Below, piece by piece: positions 29,486-39,557 of a stretch of 64,000 bases of DNA (position 1 is the stretch's first letter; each line of letters starts with the position of its first letter). The stretch is from Candidatus Kapaibacterium sp. (GTDB taxonomy: Bacteria > Bacteroidota > Ignavibacteria > Kapaibacteriales > UBA2268): assembly GCA_026418625.1 (NCBI GenBank), contig JAOABA010000015.1:11017-75016 (forward strand). The letters are read 5' to 3'. The position numbers were made by a program, and so were the translations under genes. A model generated the notes under the pieces. That model ran no database searches, was not told the origin of the DNA, and saw only the letters and a list, made by a program, of their open reading frames with translations.

Positions 29486-30370
29486 ATGAGTGATAAGCTT
29501 AGCTATTGGGATTATGTCGGCGTTGACACACTTCTGAATTTACAAAAACCCAAAACTGATTTTGAAGACGAACATATTTTTATTATATATCATCAGATAA
29601 GTGAACTCTTTTTTAGATTGATTATAAATGAGTTAAAATTATTAACTGATGATAATAAAAAAGAATTTTTGGACTATCGTAACTGGATAAAAAGGTTAGG
29701 CAGAGTAATTAATAATTTTAATATTTTGACTAATAGCATTAGCATTTTGATGCCTGAATTTTCTGTATTTAGTAAAGCTCATCAGATTTTAAATGATTCC
29801 GAAATTTCAACAATATCTGTCAGTTGTTTTGATAATCAGCAGTTTCTGAAATTTCGGCAGGCATTGGTTCCTGCAAGTGGTTTCCAAAGCTTTCAATATA
29901 GAACTATCGAAATTATGTCCACCCAGCTTCAAAACCTTGTCCATCCATCGAAAAAAGATGATTTAAAAAATGAGAATGATATAGAAAATATATACCAAAA
30001 TTTATATTGGAAGTATGGTGCAAGAATAGTAAAAGATGATAATTTATCAAATCCAGACTTGCTCGAAAAAGCCGAAACTTTGATAGAATTTGAGAATAAG
30101 TATGATAGCTATTTCCTTGATTTAGCAAAGGAATACGAAAACAAAAACCTTCTTTCTTTATATCAAAAATATATTACAGATATTAATAGTGAAAATTCTA
30201 AAAAAGTTCGTGATGTTCTTAAATATTACGACACAATAGTCAACCGACATTATAAAGGTGTTCACTATGGCTTGGCTTATGCTCATTTGAAAGATACAAC
30301 GGGCACAGGAGGCACAAACTGGCATCAATATCTATCAATCAGCAAAAATGAAATTAGTTTTTTTGAATAA
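29486..30370 (+). CDS. kynA: Tryptophan 2,3-dioxygenase family protein
   Basis: LLNLQ, EHIFIIYHQISELFF, PASGFQSFQYR, GTGGT. Confidence 0.85.
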   Translation: MSDKLSYWDYVGVDTLLNLQKPKTDFEDEHIFIIYHQISELFFRLIINELKLLTDDNKKEFLDYRNWIKRLGRVINNFNILTNSISILMPEFSVFSKAHQILNDSEISTISVSCFDNQQFLKFRQALVPASGFQSFQYRTIEIMSTQLQNLVHPSKKDDLKNENDIENIYQNLYWKYGARIVKDDNLSNPDLLEKAETLIEFENKYDSYFLDLAKEYENKNLLSLYQKYITDINSENSKKVRDVLKYYDTIVNRHYKGVHYGLAYAHLKDTTGTGGTNWHQYLSISKNEISFFE

Positions 30371-30372
30371 TT

Positions 30373-31533
30373 ATGTATAAGCAATATTTTTCTAAATTTT
30401 TAGCCGAAAACAAAGAAAAACTGCATTTTGCAGCTCATAGTCATCATTACTGGCTTGATATCACCAGAGAAGCTGTTCTTGATTATTGGGACAATTCTGC
30501 AAAATACAGTGATGAAAAATGGGAACTTATTCTTGGTAAAGTAATTCCAGAAGCACAGAAAAACATAGCTGAAATTCTGGATATTGATTATCCTGAGCAG
30601 ATTGCTTTTGCACCAAATACACACGAATTTGTTTTTCGGCTAATAAGCTGCTTTGATTGGTTTAAAAAGTTAAAAATACTCTCAACCGATAGTGAATTTC
30701 ACTCTTTTACTCGACAGACAGCAAGATTAGAAGAAGTTGGGAAAATAAATGTTAATCGTGTTGAAACATTTCCTTTCGAGTCATTTTTGGAAAGGTTCTT
30801 GAAGGAATTAGAAAAGTCTCAGTATGATATTGTTTTTCTGAGTAATGTCTTTTTCAATTCCGGATTTTATATTAAAGACCTTACAGAAATAGTTGAGAAA
30901 ACGCCCGAGGAAACGATGATAGTAATAGACGGTTATCATTCGTTTATGGCAATACCTCAATCAATCAGGAAGCATCAATCAAGGATATTTTTACTTGGAG
31001 GTGGTTATAAGTATGCTATGAGCGGAGAAGGTGTCTGTTTTATGTTTGCTCCAAAAAATAATACTTACAGACCAATTCATACCGGATGGTTTGCTACTTT
31101 TGGCTCTCTAACTGAAAACCAAACAAATTTGGTTGCCTATTCCAATGATGCCTATAAATTTTGGGGCTCAACTTTTGACCCAACGGGTATTTATCGCTTT
31201 AACTCCGTCTGTAAGTTTCTGAAATCAATAAACTTAGATGTTCCAAAAATTCATAATTATGTAATTAATCTACAAAATCTTTTTCTTGATGAATTGAAGA
31301 AAATAAATTCAGATGTTTTCAATTTATCCAACCTTTTAACACCTATTACTGACTCTAATAGGGGGCATTTCCTGACTTTTCAATTACCTAATGCAGCTAT
31401 CTTTCATAAAAAGTTAAGGGAACAAAATGTTATTACTGATTACCGTGGTGACCGGCTCCGTTTCGGTTTCGGAATCTATCAAAACGAAAATGATATTATT
31501 CAGTTTTCGAGAGTTTTAAGTAAGATAAAATGA
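30373..31533 (+). CDS. Class V PLP-dependent enzyme, kynureninase-like
   Basis: HFAAHSHH, DGYH, GGGYKY (PLP lysine), TGWFA and RGDRLRFGFG. Starts 2 bp after the TDO gene. Confidence 0.75.
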   Translation: MYKQYFSKFLAENKEKLHFAAHSHHYWLDITREAVLDYWDNSAKYSDEKWELILGKVIPEAQKNIAEILDIDYPEQIAFAPNTHEFVFRLISCFDWFKKLKILSTDSEFHSFTRQTARLEEVGKINVNRVETFPFESFLERFLKELEKSQYDIVFLSNVFFNSGFYIKDLTEIVEKTPEETMIVIDGYHSFMAIPQSIRKHQSRIFLLGGGYKYAMSGEGVCFMFAPKNNTYRPIHTGWFATFGSLTENQTNLVAYSNDAYKFWGSTFDPTGIYRFNSVCKFLKSINLDVPKIHNYVINLQNLFLDELKKINSDVFNLSNLLTPITDSNRGHFLTFQLPNAAIFHKKLREQNVITDYRGDRLRFGFGIYQNENDIIQFSRVLSKIK

Positions 31534-31723
31534 ATTTAAACCATATCATTAAATGGAAATTTAGTTTCATAAATGTTAGCTGAAATGATTGTAAAGGTTC
31601 CATTTAAAAAAGGCTTTCAAACTTCTCTTACCAGACTGACCGAAAAAAATTTATATCATACGCAATTCATTTTTTATTATTATTTCAAGTTAAATTATAA
31701 GTTGCTTTTTTTTGATTTAATTA

Positions 31724-31895
31724 TTTCTCGCAAAGACCGCAGAGTCTAACGCTGAGTTCGCAGAGATTTTTTTTAGAAAATTGAATTTTTTTCCATATTG
31801 TTTAAAATCTTAATGATAATTAATAAGCTCTGCGTTCTCTGCGATTAATCTATTTTTAAATTTATGACATTGTTCACTGCGAGCTTTGCGTGAAA
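31724..31895. repeat. Solo MITE-like member of the CGCAGAG palindromic repeat family
   Basis: Terminal inverted repeats TTTCTCGCAAAGACCGCAGAG / CACTGCGAGCTTTGCGTGAAA and an inner pair CGCTGAGTTCGCAGAG / CTCTGCGTTCTCTGCG. Confidence 0.75.
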
Positions 31896-32030
31896 CAAAT
31901 TAAAGTAAGGAAAATCAAGGCTTCAAATTAATTCCTTTTTTTTGGAATAATTATGATTTAGCGAAAAATTTAAAAATGCCATAAACATTATTACGTTTCA
32001 ATAACTTTTAATACAAAGGATAATTATAGA

Positions 32031-33122
32031 ATGAAGCAATTAATTATATATTTATTACTCATTTTTGCCACAGGATTTTCTTATGGCAAAATTTTAATGA
32101 AACCATACCTTCAAGCTTTGAGTAATAATTCAGTTATTGTTATGGTCGAAACTGATAATAATTCTCCAGTAACCGTTAATTATGGACAAACCAGAAACAC
32201 CGAACTGACAGCAACAACGAATTATTATGTGGAAACTGAAAAAAGAAGAAATAATACATTCGTTCATCGTATTAAACTTGAAAATTTAAAGAGCAATAGT
32301 GCTTATTTTTACAAAGCAGTTCATAATAATGATGAGTCTGACATTTTAAAATTTCGAACACCACCTCAAGAAAACTCACCAATTTTATTTGCTGTGATGG
32401 GGGACAATAGATCTAATCCATTCGATCACTCGAGAAAGTCAAAAAAAATGAAAAGATTTGAACCCTTATTTTCTATCTATACTGGCGATTTATGTTTCGA
32501 TGGAAGATATGAAACTTGGAAATCGGAATTTTTCACTGCAGATGAATTGAATTTGATTTCCGAAGTCCCATTCTTCAACTCAATAGGAAATCACGAAGGT
32601 ATGGGACAAAATTCAAAAGCGTTTTTGGAACCAGCTAATAAAAACTCTGGAAATGACTTCTATTATTCATTTGATATTGGCAATATACATTTCTTAGTTC
32701 TCAACACAGAACAGAGCGTTAAGAAAGGCTCCAACCAATGGAAATTTGCTGAAGAAGACCTAAAGAACAGTAATAAAAAATGGAAAATAGCTGTATTTCA
32801 TATTCCCGCTTACTCTAGTGGTGGTCATAGCGGAAGTAAAGATATGATTAAAATGACAAATGAGTTATTCGAAAAATATGGTGTTGATATTTGTCTGACC
32901 GGTCATAATCATTATTATCAAAGAAATTATGTAAATAAAATTTACCATTTGGTCTTCGGTGGAGGCGGAGCTCCTTTGTATGAACCTAAAACTGAAAATT
33001 ATACACAAATCAGCGTAAAAGATTTTAACTATGGGATTTTTGAAGTTTTTGATGATAAAATTAATGTAAGTGTATATAATCTGAAAGATGAAAAAATTGA
33101 TAGCTTTATGATAAGCAAGTAA
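32031..33122 (+). CDS. Purple acid phosphatase-like metallophosphoesterase with N-terminal FN3-like domain
   Basis: GDNR, TGDL, GNHE, FHIP, GHNHYY and a signal peptide. Confidence 0.88.
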   Translation: MKQLIIYLLLIFATGFSYGKILMKPYLQALSNNSVIVMVETDNNSPVTVNYGQTRNTELTATTNYYVETEKRRNNTFVHRIKLENLKSNSAYFYKAVHNNDESDILKFRTPPQENSPILFAVMGDNRSNPFDHSRKSKKMKRFEPLFSIYTGDLCFDGRYETWKSEFFTADELNLISEVPFFNSIGNHEGMGQNSKAFLEPANKNSGNDFYYSFDIGNIHFLVLNTEQSVKKGSNQWKFAEEDLKNSNKKWKIAVFHIPAYSSGGHSGSKDMIKMTNELFEKYGVDICLTGHNHYYQRNYVNKIYHLVFGGGGAPLYEPKTENYTQISVKDFNYGIFEVFDDKINVSVYNLKDEKIDSFMISK

Positions 33123-33144
33123 GAAAATCTTTAATTAATATAAA

Positions 33145-33202
33145 GTCTGTTCTACTGCATTATACCTAATTAAAAAAAGTATAAATCAGCAGTAGAACAG
33201 AC
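33145..33202. terminator. Long hairpin between convergent genes (possible bidirectional terminator)
   Basis: Perfect 14-bp arms GTCTGTTCTACTGC / GCAGTAGAACAGAC plus an inner TATAC/GTATA pair. Confidence 0.6.
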
Positions 33203-33210
33203 AGTAGAAA

Positions 33211-34401
33211 TCAAACGAGAGTTAAAATTGGTATTACTTTTTCCTGAATTGCTCCAGAGACTTCAACTTTACCTTCATCAGTAACAAAAACATCAATTTC
33301 AGTTCTGAATCCAATCTTTTCGTGTTCCATATAAATTCCCGGTTCAACAGAAAAGCAAGTTCCGGGGATAATTAACCTTTCATCTTTGGTTTCGAGGTTG
33401 TCAATATTAACTCCATTACCGTGGACTTCCTCGCCAATGTTATGACCAGTGCGATGAGTAAAGTATTCGGCAAGACCGGCTTCCCTAATAACATTTCTAC
33501 AAGCATCATCAACTTCCCAGCCGTAGAGAGGTTCACCACGGGAAAATCGTCTTTTCACTAAATTTAAAGCAGTATCTCTCGCATTTCTGGCAATTTGAAA
33601 AATATTCTCAATTTTTTCGGGAACTGTCTCTCCAATGAAACCCATCCAAGTGATGTCATAATATATACTTCTTGGTTTATCGAGTTTTGCCCAAAGGTCT
33701 ATCAAAACCAAATCACCCTCTTTCATCTTAAAGGTATTTGCGGGTGTTGGCTCAAAATGAGGGTCTGCTGCGTGCTCATTAACTGCAACTATAGGACCAT
33801 CATTAAAAGTTAGACCATTTGACTTCATAAGATTTACCATAAATTCATAAATCTCATATTCTGTGGGATTTTGACCCGATTTTATCCTTTTGCAAATCTC
33901 TTTGAATGCCTCATCTTTAACCATTTGAAGGATTTTACCTGCTTCGACGTGGCTTTGCCAATCCTCCATTGATAAATGAGACTCAAATTTACTGACTAAA
34001 TCAGCACTTGAAACTATTTCAACTCCAAAACTTTTAATTAATTGATATGTTCCAGCGTCAACTATTGAAACATAAGGTATAGCATTCATAGGTGAATACT
34101 GCATTGCAATTTTCTTTGCCCATTTCAGAATATCTCTTAATAATCTATGCTGCTCCTGCCAAGGTAAATAAACGTGTTTCTCACCGGGAAGATGATCGCA
34201 TCTCCAAGGCTCTATCCTATGAACGAGTTTTTGTGGTTCGCCTTCAGCTGGAATATAATAAAACCATCTTCGGGAGGCAAAGCGTTTAGTGTCCATATTT
34301 AGTATTCTGGCAGCTATCATATCGCGATTATGAAAATCATAAAACAACCAACCATCGAGACCGGCTTCTTTAAGTGCTTCTTGAATTGCTTTTAAATCCA
34401 T
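33211..34401 (-). CDS. M24 family Xaa-Pro aminopeptidase
   Basis: DPH, LIDLW, DITW, HRTGHNIG, SVEPGIY, RTE. Confidence 0.92.
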   Translation of the reverse strand: MDLKAIQEALKEAGLDGWLFYDFHNRDMIAARILNMDTKRFASRRWFYYIPAEGEPQKLVHRIEPWRCDHLPGEKHVYLPWQEQHRLLRDILKWAKKIAMQYSPMNAIPYVSIVDAGTYQLIKSFGVEIVSSADLVSKFESHLSMEDWQSHVEAGKILQMVKDEAFKEICKRIKSGQNPTEYEIYEFMVNLMKSNGLTFNDGPIVAVNEHAADPHFEPTPANTFKMKEGDLVLIDLWAKLDKPRSIYYDITWMGFIGETVPEKIENIFQIARNARDTALNLVKRRFSRGEPLYGWEVDDACRNVIREAGLAEYFTHRTGHNIGEEVHGNGVNIDNLETKDERLIIPGTCFSVEPGIYMEHEKIGFRTEIDVFVTDEGKVEVSGAIQEKVIPILTLV

Positions 34402-34414
34402 TAACTTTCCTTTC

Positions 34415-37400
34415 TTATTTTAGATGAATAATCTTAATTACAAATATTTCTTTATGAGTTTTTATTTCGATGAAATAAACACCTGAATTTATATTATTCG
34501 GTTCCCATTTTATTGAGTGTTTTCCTTGGGATTGGTAATCACTGAACAATTTTTCGATTTCAATTCCAATATCGTTTCGAATTGTTATTGTAACAAAACT
34601 ATCAAACTGTAAATCATAATTGATATTCACAATTTTTGTGAAGGGATTGGGATAAGCAGAAAAATCTCTTAAACTTATGTCAGCAAGTTCAACACTCAAT
34701 TCCTCGACCGTTTCAAACTGCCAAGTATCTGAGAACTCACTTTCTCCTTTATCATAAAAGGCTTTGACCTTCCAATAATATTTTGTTTTGAAATCAAGAT
34801 TTGAAAATTCAAACTGAGTAGTCTCTATTGAATCAATAACTCTAACGATATTTTGAAAATTAAAATCCTTAGCAAGATAAAGTTTATAGTATTTAGCACC
34901 ACTTACACGCTTCCAATTTAATGTTACATCCAGTGGTATATTATTTGAATTATTCAAAGGATAGCTCAACTCAGGCTTTGCAAGACCGGTGCTAAATGTT
35001 CTATAGCTAGCCCATAATCCATCGTAATTATTAACCTTTATCCTAACTCTCCAGAAATATGTTTTATAGAATGCCAAGTCAGGAATTGTTACGCTTATTG
35101 TATCAAGTGAAGTAAACTCTTTGACAATAGAATTAAAGTTTCTGTCCTCTGATAATTGGAAATGATATGCAGTAGCTTTTGCATAAGGCTCCCACTGAAA
35201 TGTTACAGTTGTTTTCATATTTTCCTCATTATCATAAGGATATGTAAGAATCGGGGCTTCAATAACAGTAATGAATTTCCAAGGAGTTGACCAGTCACTT
35301 TGTCCGTAATCATCTTTTGCTCTGACTCTCCAGTAATATTCAGTGAAATATTCGAGCAATTTTGATTGATGGTTTGAGATAGTCTGGGTCTCGCCATCAA
35401 ATATCATTTGTTCGAAATCAATATCTTTTGCAATTTGTATTTCATAACCTGTTGCTCCAGTGCTTGGATTCCATTCAAAGTTGACAATAGTGGGATGCCC
35501 ATAGCTATTATTAGCAGGTGAGCGATTTACTGGTGGTTTCAATCTTGTAATAAAGCTCCAAGTTTCGGACCACTCACTATTATTTTTATTTGCTCTTGCC
35601 TGAACACGCCAATAATATGTTGTATATAACTCTAAGCCCTTGACTTCTGCAGTTGTATCAGTAAAGTCTTTATTTAAAATTAATGTTCCACTAAAATTTT
35701 TATCTTTTGAAACTTGAACAGTGTAAGAACCAGCACCATCCACTTTTTTCCAAACAAGTTTAGTAGTTACCGGGTGTCCGCCAGTGTTATTTTGGGGATA
35801 AACCAAAATCGGAGGTGCAATTATTGTAGTGAACATCCAAGGTTGACTCCAAGCTCCAAGTGATTTGTTTGTCCTTGAACGGACTCTCCAATAATATGTA
35901 GTATTATAATCAAGTGTTGAATTTATTTTTCTTTGTGTTGGGCTATGAGTAATTGATTCTATGTTGTTGCTGAATGAAAATTCTTTTGAAATTTGAAATT
36001 CATACATATCTGCTCTTGCAACGCTATTCCAAACAAAGGTAGGAGTTAAAGTAATTCCTCCAGAGCCATAAGCGGGTGAACTTAATTCCGGAATAAGTAA
36101 ATCTTCAGGTTCAATATATCTATAAAGTGAATTAGTTGCAACAAAAAGGAAGCCATCACCACTCAGCGTCATAGATTCTATTTTCGATGACCTGATTGCC
36201 CCTGAAATGAGAGTGTCCCAAGTCGAACCGTTATTAGTCGAAAATCTTAAACCTTCGTCATAGCTCATACCAATGAAAATGTGGTTTCTTCGATTAATGT
36301 TTATAAATTGAACCCCTGAATATTGAACTCCAAAAGTTATGTTAGTCCAACTTGCTCCGTTATTTGTTGAAAGGTATAACCCGCTTGTCATAGTTCCAAC
36401 AAAAATATGATTATTGCTATTAAAAGCGATGCATTGAGGGGTTTGAGCAGTTGGTAAATAAGTAGTCCAATTAACGCCGTCGTTAGTTGAACGCATAACC
36501 GTATCCTCAGAAATGAGCCAAATATGCCCATTATAATTCACTCCTATCGCTATAAATCCTGACAGTGCTCTTGTGTGAACATTAAGAATTTGCCAAGTTC
36601 CACCCATATCCGTTGTTGTTATTAAATTAGTTCTTATAGCATTTGGATTCATTTGGTCTGAGGGTGGAAATCTTAGTGCGGCAAACAATCTGCCATCCGG
36701 TTTAACTGCTAATGCAGTTACCATTGTGTCTGTAAAAGTTCTCATAGCAGACCAAGTCAAACCCTGATTCGCTGAGACATAAAGAATACTACCTGATGAA
36801 GAAACCCCGGAGGCATAAGCATTTCCAACGGAATCGAAAGCAAAGCATAAAATAGTTGTTCCGGGTAAAATTGCTTGAGACCAAGTATTTCCATTATCAG
36901 TTGAGCGGTATATACCCTTATTTTTGTTTGATGCAAGAACTAAGCCATTTTTGTAAGCAAGCATTGGTCTCATCGAAGAATCAGTCTTGTGAGAAACATA
37001 GGTCCAAGTTCTTCCAGAATCCAAACTTTTAAAAATTCCCTCAAAGGCAATTGAGGCAAAAAGAACACCTTGTGAATTTCTTGCCAATGCGTTTATACCG
37101 GGGTATCTCACATTTGTTCTAACCCAATCATCCATTACTTTGCTATCATATCTGAAAATTCCTCTGTCGTCAGTGCCAACAATTGGATCAGCAGTAATAG
37201 GAAATGTAAGTGCTGTTACATTTCTGAAAAAATTGTTTTTTTTATATTCTGACCAACTGACCCCAGAATTCACTGAAAAATTGAGACCTCCACCAAGGGT
37301 TCCGCAAAACATTTCACCCAATTGACTAATTCCAAAACAGGTGATATTTTTACTATTGATTCCGCCATTGGAAGATCTCCACGTTAATGCATTGTCTGAT

Positions 37401-37987
37401 GATCTATATATTCCCCCTCCGTTTGTTCCCGCAACCACATCACCATCTGCAGTTACAAATAAAGCGGTAATATCCCAAAACCAAATCCCAATATTTGATT
37501 CAGTCCAATTCCCACCAGAATTTGTAGAGCGAAAAACGCCTCCTCCCTTAGTTCCAACAAATATATGAGTGTTTCCTTTGAATGCAATAGCTTTTACATA
37601 AAGATTAGTCAGCCCATTATTTACTGCTGTCCAACTCAATCCATTGTTAGAGGATCGAAATAAACCTCCACCATTAGTTCCTGCATAAATAACACCCGAA
37701 GAATCAAATTCAATGGCATTGATGAAAAGGTTTGTTAAACCGAAATTTATTTCGGTCCAAGTTTGCCCGCTATTGAATGATCTAAATATACCACCACCCC
37801 AAGTTCCAATATAAAGTGTGTTGTTTCTATCGATTTTTAGCACTCTGACATCGGGAGCTGTTGGTCCGCTAATCAAACCCCAATAAGGAGCAAGAGTGTC
37901 AATGTCCTGAGAATATGCGGGATTTTGCCCAAATACCACAAAAGATAGAAGGGTTATAAATAGTAACTTAAAATTAATTTTCATCAA
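34415..37987 (-). CDS. T9SS-secreted BNR/Asp-box beta-propeller protein with five FN3-like repeats
   Basis: Many S.N.G.TW Asp-boxes, five P.L..P.N...YYWRV...S.WS..W.F.T repeats and a CTD (AYPNPF...GVYFIEI). Confidence 0.88.
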   Translation of the reverse strand: MMKINFKLLFITLLSFVVFGQNPAYSQDIDTLAPYWGLISGPTAPDVRVLKIDRNNTLYIGTWGGGIFRSFNSGQTWTEINFGLTNLFINAIEFDSSGVIYAGTNGGGLFRSSNNGLSWTAVNNGLTNLYVKAIAFKGNTHIFVGTKGGGVFRSTNSGGNWTESNIGIWFWDITALFVTADGDVVAGTNGGGIYRSSDNALTWRSSNGGINSKNITCFGISQLGEMFCGTLGGGLNFSVNSGVSWSEYKKNNFFRNVTALTFPITADPIVGTDDRGIFRYDSKVMDDWVRTNVRYPGINALARNSQGVLFASIAFEGIFKSLDSGRTWTYVSHKTDSSMRPMLAYKNGLVLASNKNKGIYRSTDNGNTWSQAILPGTTILCFAFDSVGNAYASGVSSSGSILYVSANQGLTWSAMRTFTDTMVTALAVKPDGRLFAALRFPPSDQMNPNAIRTNLITTTDMGGTWQILNVHTRALSGFIAIGVNYNGHIWLISEDTVMRSTNDGVNWTTYLPTAQTPQCIAFNSNNHIFVGTMTSGLYLSTNNGASWTNITFGVQYSGVQFININRRNHIFIGMSYDEGLRFSTNNGSTWDTLISGAIRSSKIESMTLSGDGFLFVATNSLYRYIEPEDLLIPELSSPAYGSGGITLTPTFVWNSVARADMYEFQISKEFSFSNNIESITHSPTQRKINSTLDYNTTYYWRVRSRTNKSLGAWSQPWMFTTIIAPPILVYPQNNTGGHPVTTKLVWKKVDGAGSYTVQVSKDKNFSGTLILNKDFTDTTAEVKGLELYTTYYWRVQARANKNNSEWSETWSFITRLKPPVNRSPANNSYGHPTIVNFEWNPSTGATGYEIQIAKDIDFEQMIFDGETQTISNHQSKLLEYFTEYYWRVRAKDDYGQSDWSTPWKFITVIEAPILTYPYDNEENMKTTVTFQWEPYAKATAYHFQLSEDRNFNSIVKEFTSLDTISVTIPDLAFYKTYFWRVRIKVNNYDGLWASYRTFSTGLAKPELSYPLNNSNNIPLDVTLNWKRVSGAKYYKLYLAKDFNFQNIVRVIDSIETTQFEFSNLDFKTKYYWKVKAFYDKGESEFSDTWQFETVEELSVELADISLRDFSAYPNPFTKIVNINYDLQFDSFVTITIRNDIGIEIEKLFSDYQSQGKHSIKWEPNNINSGVYFIEIKTHKEIFVIKIIHLK

Positions 37988-38054
37988 AATACCCCTTATT
38001 TGATTTATTTAATGTTATAATAACACATATTACTAAAAAAAATTTCACTTGAAA

Positions 38055-38891
38055 TTAACTTTCTGAAATTTTTTTTGGTTCCGGCAACATAAAAGACTCA
38101 ATAGAAATAGCTTTTCCGTTATTAGGATTTATTTTGATATTTACTCCACAGAGTCTAACATCATCAACAGCTAATTCATATTTGAAAGGTGTTTGAAAAA
38201 TAAATCTTTTCAATGCAATTTCTTTCTTTAATCCAACAACGGAGTCGTAGGGTCCAGTCATACCAACATCAGTAATATAAGCAGAACCTTGTGGCAAAAT
38301 ACACGCATCTGCTGTTTGAATATGAGTGTGTGTGCCTATGATAGCAGAAACTTTACCATCAAGGTGCCATCCCATTGCTACTTTCTCTGCGGAGGCATCT
38401 GCATGAAAATCTACGATTATTATTTTTGTTCTTTCCTGAATTGACTTCAAGGCATTATCAGCAGAACGAAACGGACAGTCAATAGCTTGCATATATGTCC
38501 GCCCCTGAATGTTCAGAACAGCCACTTCTGTTTGATTTTCAAGGGAAAAAAAAGTGTAGCCTCGTCCTGCATTTCCCGGTGGATAGTTCAGTGGTCTAAT
38601 AACCTTTTGATTAGCCGAAAGAAGAGGTCTCGACTTCCAGTTATCCCAGACGTGATTACCTGAAGTCAAAATATCTATTCCTAAAGCAAACAAACGGTTG
38701 GCTTCTTCCTCAGTCAATCCTTTTCCTGCGGCTGCATTTTCACCGTTTGCAATAATAAAATCAGGCTGATATTTTTCTATCAATGACGGTAGTTTTTCTT
38801 CTACTGCTTTGATTCCACAATCACCAACAATATCACCTATAAAGAGAACATCTATATTTTTTTCCAAGTTATTTTCCTTAAATAAATGCAA
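38055..38891 (-). CDS. YmdB-like (TIGR00282) metallophosphoesterase
   Basis: FIGDIVG, NGENAA.GKG, TSGNHVWD, DFHADASAEK, GTHTH, TDVGMTGP. Confidence 0.93.
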   Translation of the reverse strand: MHLFKENNLEKNIDVLFIGDIVGDCGIKAVEEKLPSLIEKYQPDFIIANGENAAAGKGLTEEEANRLFALGIDILTSGNHVWDNWKSRPLLSANQKVIRPLNYPPGNAGRGYTFFSLENQTEVAVLNIQGRTYMQAIDCPFRSADNALKSIQERTKIIIVDFHADASAEKVAMGWHLDGKVSAIIGTHTHIQTADACILPQGSAYITDVGMTGPYDSVVGLKKEIALKRFIFQTPFKYELAVDDVRLCGVNIKINPNNGKAISIESFMLPEPKKISES

Positions 38892-38989
38892 TTTAACAAA
38901 AACTTGTTTAGTAAATAAAAATCATATTTGATATAAAAAATGGTTTAATTAATTTTGAATATTATTATCAATTTTCTTTATAGGAAAAT

Positions 38990-39556
38990 ATGAAAATTTA
39001 CACAAAAACTGGTGACGACGGAACAACGGGGCTTTTCTCCGGAAAAAGAGTATCAAAATCTGACCTCAGAGTCGAAACTTATGGCACTGTTGATGAGTTA
39101 AATTCAATCATAGGAATAATTTTAACCTATGATTTGCCAAAATCTACATACACACATCTTACTATTTTGAGTAATTTGCTTTTCATAATGGGTTCAGATC
39201 TTGCTACTCCTGCTGATGCAAATATTGTCAAATACAAATTAGATAGAATTGAAGAAAAACACATTGAATGGTTGGAAAAATTGATTGATAAATATTCGGA
39301 GGATCTTCCAGAGCTTAAAAACTTTATTCTACCTGGTGGAACAAGAGTCGCTGCTCTTTGCCATCTTGCAAGAACGGTTTGCAGACGTGCCGAAAGATTG
39401 GCAGTCGCTCTAAAAAAGAATGAGCCAATTAGTAATAATGTCGTTGTTTTTCTAAATAGACTTTCCGATTTTCTCTTTACAACTGCAAGGTATATAAACC
39501 ACCTTAGTGGAATTAAAGACGTTATAAAAAATAACAATATCGAATTAAAAATTTAA
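38990..39556 (+). CDS. PduO-type cob(I)alamin adenosyltransferase
   Basis: KIYTKTGDDGTT, YGTVDELNS, FILPGG, RTVCRRAER, NRLSDFLF. Confidence 0.95.
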   Translation: MKIYTKTGDDGTTGLFSGKRVSKSDLRVETYGTVDELNSIIGIILTYDLPKSTYTHLTILSNLLFIMGSDLATPADANIVKYKLDRIEEKHIEWLEKLIDKYSEDLPELKNFILPGGTRVAALCHLARTVCRRAERLAVALKKNEPISNNVVVFLNRLSDFLFTTARYINHLSGIKDVIKNNNIELKI

Positions 39557-39557
39557 A

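Noticed and set aside
39127-39537. 136-aa minus-strand ORF and the many other 60-100 aa nested ORFs in the track
   Set aside because: They are antisense or out-of-frame shadows of well-supported genes.
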